The notes beneath the pieces are model-generated. The model did no database searches, was not told where the DNA came from, and saw only the letters and a list, made by a program, of their open reading frames with translations. DNA of 64,000 bases from the human T2T-CHM13v2.0 reference genome, Homo sapiens. The first letter of the stretch is position 1. Every line of letters begins with the position of its first letter. The stretch lies in assembly GCF_009914755.1 (NCBI RefSeq), contig NC_060937.1; one strand, 5' to 3'. Shown here one piece after another: positions 57,940 to 64,000 of this stretch. The position numbers and the translations under genes were made by a program.

Positions 57940-59686
57940 AGTGATGCCTGAAATTCCCAGGAAGTTCCGGTGTTCTTGGAGTTTCTGAAGAACAAGGAGC
58001 AAACAGAAAATAAAAAACACTGGTAGTCAATGAGCCAAGTGAAGAGTGTGCAGTTGAAGATGCTGATAAATCTCTCTCTGAGACCCCCAGCTGTCAACCT
58101 CATCTATTCCAACAGCCTCTGCATCTTGCTGGTGGATTTGATTGGATTTGCAGAGCAGACTGCACTGGCTCCATTGCAAAGGAGCTAGTAAAATCATCAT
58201 GACAGGTGGCATGTTACTTGAGAAGAGACAATGAAGTTAGACCAGTGAATCTCTTGCAATTATTAACTCGAACGTAATAACTTTGAGCACTGGGCAGGAG
58301 GAAGACAGTGAAGAGCGGGGATGAGTCAGTCGTCAGAGGGAGGAGGAGAAGGACGTTATCTGCTTTCCCAGGCTTTTACCTCCTGACTTTATGGCTGCCT
58401 CCTTGGTTCTACTCCACAGGTTTCTGTTTTAAATTAGCGCTAAATGAAATAGAATTAAAATATGATGAAGTAGTCTTTGGGTGTCTCTGCTTCTCATTTA
58501 AATACTTGAAAAACATTGCATTTCCAAATTCTGAACACTTTCTGGTTCAAAGCACAATTTGAGTTTGAGGATAAGAGTGATTTTTAGAGCTCCTTTTCAG
58601 AAAAGAAGAAAGGGTTGCTAAAATTGGCAAGAAAGAATGAGGGGAGGTAAAGAGGAAAGTCGACTGCATCTAAGAGAATAGCGGCTGGCCCCTTGCCTCT
58701 GACTCCATACGTGGTAAGGGAGGAATTTGGAGCAGGAATATGACCTTCCCTAGGGGTTGAAGGAGTTTAACAACATAGCTACAGCCTTTAGGTTGGGCTT
58801 TTCTGGTACCTTCCAAGTCTATGATATGTGACCATAAGACCAATTCAAATTAGATGTGGAGCCAGAAGGGTCCTCAGGGATTGAGGAACCACGGTGTCTA
58901 ATTTTCTTATTCATTCCACTAACCATTTTTATTGGCGCTCAGAAATGTCAAGAAACTTGTCCAAGAATGCACCACCGGATTGCGGCATGGGGACTAGTAC
59001 CGCCAGCCAGCACCCCCAAGGTCTCTCCACTCTCTCACACGGACTAGTATAATGTTCAAGGCTCCAGGTTGAAAAGCCAAAGCCCCTAAGATAAAAACCA
59101 TGAGAACTCTAAGAATTGGAGACTATGTGATTCAACTGAGCAAAAGAAGGCCCTTGACTCAGCCCAAGATAGACATTTTTGAGAGATCTGTCATCAAGTA
59201 TCGAATTTAGAAGTATCACTTGAGGTAATCAATCTTTCTGAGGATGCAAATTTCTTTGTATAGGTTGAAAGAAGAAACATCTCCAATGCACACAGATACA
59301 TCAGTTAACAAATTAAAAACCCATATAAAACCCTCACTCCATCTGAAGAGTCCTGAGACTGTATCTAGAAAAGTGATCACATCAGAAGAATCTTCAAATA
59401 TCAACAGCACTTTGAAGAGAAATATAAAAACAACTGCTGTAATTCCTTAGTAATTATAGTTATGGAGGAACTAAATCCTGCATCTGTGAGCAGAGAAGAG
59501 CCTCAGCCTGGATTCTTGGAGATTAGTCAGGGGGAAAGGCAAATCCCTCTGCACTCCTTCCATCCAGAAAGCAAGATCCCTCGGGAAGTTCCACAAAGCA
59601 AGTATATTCAGTATTCCTAATTACAGGGGAAGGTCATTGACTTGCTACAAATGAAGCATCGGATTTCCAGTTCAGCTGAACAGTTA

Positions 59687-60081
<395 letters not shown>

Positions 60082-60594
60082 GTAAGGGATATGAGATAAT
60101 GAAAGAATGAAGAGACACAAATGGTGAAAAAAAACTCAACCTCACATAACAGACCTTTTTTTTGATAGGTCAAATTGAAAAAACATTTTAAATCATGATT
60201 TTCAGTCTTTTGAGGCTTCTCATTTAGTTCTGGTGAAGTTTACATTTTTCAGAGGGTAACTTGAAATAGTATGGGCCTTAAAAAAGTTCGCACTCTTTAC
60301 TTCAGAGATTTAACTATCTATAGAAATGTCCCATAATGAAATGATCAGCGTGCACAAAGATTAATATATAAGAATGTTATTGACCATGGTATCTATAGCA
60401 GTCCAATAATAGGCCATTGTCCAATAAGGAACAATTGGCTAAGCATTTGTCAATAGGCAGTTGTCTAAGTAAATTATGGGCCATTGAGCCATGAATATTA
60501 GTCAACCATTAAAAAAATATGCTAGAGGTTGCCTAATAATATTTCCTGGTGTAATAGAAGAAAGAAAAATAAATAAATAAAAAATATGCTAGTG

Positions 60595-60885
60595 GGTCAA
60601 GGCACGTCTGCTCACACCTGTAGCCTGAGCACTTTGGGAGGCCGACACACGTGGATCACCTGAGCTCAGAAGTTTGAGACCATCCTTGGCAACATGGCAA
60701 AACCCTGTCTCTATAAAAAACACAAAAAATTAGACTGATGTGGTGGTGCATGCCTATAGTGTCAGCTACTTGGGAGGCTGAGGTAAGACAATCACTTGAA
60801 CCTGGGGAGGTCAAGGCTACAATGAGCCATGATAGCACCACTCCAGCCTGGGCAACAGAGCCAGACCCTGTCTCAAATATATATA
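60595..60885 (+). mobile_element. AluJ
   Basis: GAGGTCAAGGCTACAATGAGCCATGAT and AGACCCTGTCTC are J-type features. Confidence 0.88.
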
Positions 60886-60939
60886 AACATATATTATATA
60901 TTAGCAATAGCTACCTTTGATTGTGCCCTTACTCTAAGA

Positions 60940-62880
60940 TAGGATGGAATGGAGAATGTGACAAAAGAATCCAATGATATTACAAACGTTATGAAACAAT
61001 CTCACTTAAGGGAATAGGGGAATAAGGTACTGACTTAAATAACTTTGGAAATAAGTAGCGTCTATAAGACTAAAGGTAAAAGGCAATATGCATGAGCGCC
61101 ACAGTCTAGTTGCTAAAGTTGGTTCCCGTAAGAGCAGAGGATAACAATTCTGAAAATGCTCTCCGTGTACATGGGACTTGAGCAATAGAGTGAATGGATG
61201 GAGGATGGTGGGAGCCAGGTTTCTCACTGAAGTGTGAGATTACAAATAAGCAAAAGAGGAGCCTGGAATGATCCCTGTGGTAATGGATTAGAATTGGAGA
61301 CAGCAGTATAAACTCATGCTCAACTCCATACAGATACAGATGGTTACATATAGAAATGTTTATAGATGTGTGTAAACACTGGTTAGAATACACAAATATC
61401 CTCACTCTGTCAGCTGAGAGGAGCTAGAAGCAAAAACACACCAGGAGCAACAAGCACACCTACTGCCCTGTTCTTTGTTTCTAATATGACCTCCAATAAA
61501 AGGAACCCGGGCTTCTCAGATAAATGGCTCATTCTAGAAGGGGGGCATATACAAGATGAGCCTGGAGTATCTTTTAATGCCATAGAGTAAAAGAGTATTA
61601 AAAAAATTATAAAAACTGAAAAAAGAAAGAGAAAGAAAACCACACCACAATGATGGGGGTACATCAAAGAGCTCCCAATACTTAGAAGGAGGGACAATTT
61701 GAGCATCAAAATAACATAGTATTGGATTATGACCCAATGTATAAAATCAGTATCAAGTCCATACTGATATAAGTGATTAAATGAATGTTGAACAAGAGAC
61801 AAATCTCCCATGCAGTAAAATTTGAACAAATTTATAAAGATACTCAGATCTCAAGAAAGTGGATTATAACTCCTGCTTATTAAGTGTGGTCTGCACAAAG
61901 GGACTTCCTTCTGGAGAGCACAGTATAAAAAAAGTAATGTACATGGACATAAATTTAAAAAGAAAAGAAAAGAAAGAAATTAACTTTGGCCAGTGACTCA
62001 CACCTATAATTCCAGCACTTTGGGAGGCTGAGGCAGATCACTTGAGCCCAAGAGTTCAAGACAAGCCTGGGCAACATAGCAAAACCCTATCTCTACAAAA
62101 ACTTAGCTGGGCATAGTGGCTCATGCATGCAGTCCCAGTGACTTGAGAGGATGAAGTGGGAGGATCACTTGAGCCCAGGGAGGTCACAGCTACAGTAAGC
62201 TGTGATCATGCCACTGCACTCCAGCCTGGGCAACAGAGTGAGACCCTATCTCAAAAAATAAGAAAAAGAAAATTAAAAAATAGTATAGAAAGAGGAGAAA
62301 AAAGAATAACTTGACAGTAGAGAAACCTGACAAACACAATCTCAGGTGATCAAGGTCAACATCAATGGCAATGAGTCATGTTAACAATATATACCCTTGA
62401 TATGCTGTGATGAGAATGTCACTTTGTTTCTGTGGTCTTCCCCAAAAAACCCATAACCCCTGTCTATCATCAGAAAAACATAAGAGGAAGGGACATTCTA
62501 CAAAATACCTGACCAGTATTTCAATCCTCAAAGCTATCAAGGTCATCAAAACCAAAGAAAGTCTAAGAAACTGTCACAACCAATAGGAACCAAAGGAGAC
62601 AGGACTGCTAGATGTACTGCGATGTACTGGATGTGATCTGAGAACTGAAAATGGACATCAGAGACAAAAATCATGAAATATAAATGAAGGCATGGGCTTT
62701 AGTTAATAACAACATACCAATATTGGCTCATTAATTGTAACAAATATACCACGCTAATGTTAACATGTTAGGAGTAGGGGAAACTGGATGTAGGGACATA
62801 GGAGCTATACTATCTTCACAATAATTCTGTAAATCTAAAACTATTCTAAAATAAAAAGTGTATTAGCAACAACAACAAAA
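60940..62880 (+). mobile_element. L1MC 3' region with inserted AluJ (about 61988-62258)
   Basis: L1MC 3'UTR motifs GTGATCAAGGTCAACATCAA, GGGACATTCTACAAAATACCTGACCAGTA and TGTAAATCTAAAACTATTCTAAAATAAAAAG. Confidence 0.8.
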
Positions 62881-64000
62881 GAAACATCAGTGATAAGTAA
62901 CGTTCAGGAAGAATGATGAATAAGCATTTAATCTGCTATTGTTTCATTTTTTGTTGAAAAAAATTTTTATAAGAGTCACATCCAGGTTAGAACAAGTGTC
63001 GCCTCATAAAGGCAGCAATAAACTTACTTGGCCTGAATTCTACCACTTTTCTAGAATCCCCAGAGGGTGAGATAATTCGTTCTGACCACTTCCCTTCTCT
63101 ATTTCTACATTACAATCATCTCATGAAGCTTGAAAGTAGGGCACCCTCTCCAATGGGCGGTTTCTCCTCTCTGTCTCCCCTATCCCTCCAGCGTTTGATT
63201 TAGTACACCTGAACCACCTCATTCTCCATCATTATTTCAGCTTAGCCAAGAGGAAATTAGTACTAAAACCATCAAATCTTAATTGAGTATCTTTTATTAA
63301 ACAGAAAATGGGAATTAGCAGGTACTTATCTGTACCCTAATAGAGTACCTCTTAACAGCTATGCAAAATAGCCTCTATGAATCTCTCATCCTTCTTGTTC
63401 CATGACATTTTCCACCAAAGAGTCTGAGCATAAAAGAATTAGGTGTGGTAATAATATTGAAGATGACAATAATAACACATAATGTTTACTGAGTACTTGC
63501 TATGTGCCAGGCACTAGATGTTTTATTTGATTTTTATGGATTTTTTTTTGTTGGGTCAGGTCAGTTGGTTTTTTAATAAAAAATAGTCCAGACTCAGAAG
63601 GTACAAGCAGGTAAAACAATTTTATTTTTCTCCTGCCCATGATTTCAGTTATACAGTCCCATCACACACCTGGCCAATATGTCAGGCAGATGATATTTTG
63701 CAAGTCACCTTGAGATATTAACAAACACCCTCACTTTGATGTATTCAAAAGTCCAGTACAGCTTAGAACGCTCAAGCAACTTGAAGCTTCCCCTCCTTCT
63801 GAATCCCAACCCTTACTCAATCTGAAGAAACCTGTGACAGGCAATAGTTGAAGTTCTGTAATTTTTTTTTTTTTAACTTTGTCTCCTTCTCCATTACCAC
63901 CTGCTTCTAACTGGTTGGAGAAAAGGGCAGGGAGGGAGCAGATAAAAGTTCACCCAACATGTGCTGATGTCAGCTGCTGTTGTCACATGTCACATGGTGA

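Overview
Repeat-rich human genomic DNA. The human assignment rests on the L1HS pre-Ta diagnostic bases, together with Alu, HERV-H and THE1/MST/MLT LTRs. No intact host protein-coding gene, RNA gene or CRISPR array can be supported. Main elements: a 5.9-kb HERV-H provirus with two LTR7s and a GATAG target-site duplication (TSD) at 4734-10625 (+); an LTR9-like LTR with three octamers including a SOX-OCT composite (about 13320-13815, -); a convergent solo LTR7 (14832-15243, -); and a full-length but inactivated pre-Ta L1HS (29806-35850, -) with intact ORF0, a 26-nt 5' extension and a point change creating an AP-1 site and a consensus splice donor. Less obvious structures read from the sequence: an apparent retrocopy of a chimeric spliced transcript (old L1 5'UTR exon joined to non-L1 sequence, with poly(A) and TSD, 44788-45370); two locally templated insertions copied from 1.6-1.8 kb downstream (24140-24296 and 54800-54993); and a fold-back template switch in an Alu. 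Repeat family names come from recalled consensus sequences and need confirming with RepeatMasker/Dfam. Boundaries of old repeats are approximate. Many MIR and L2 fragments are not listed.
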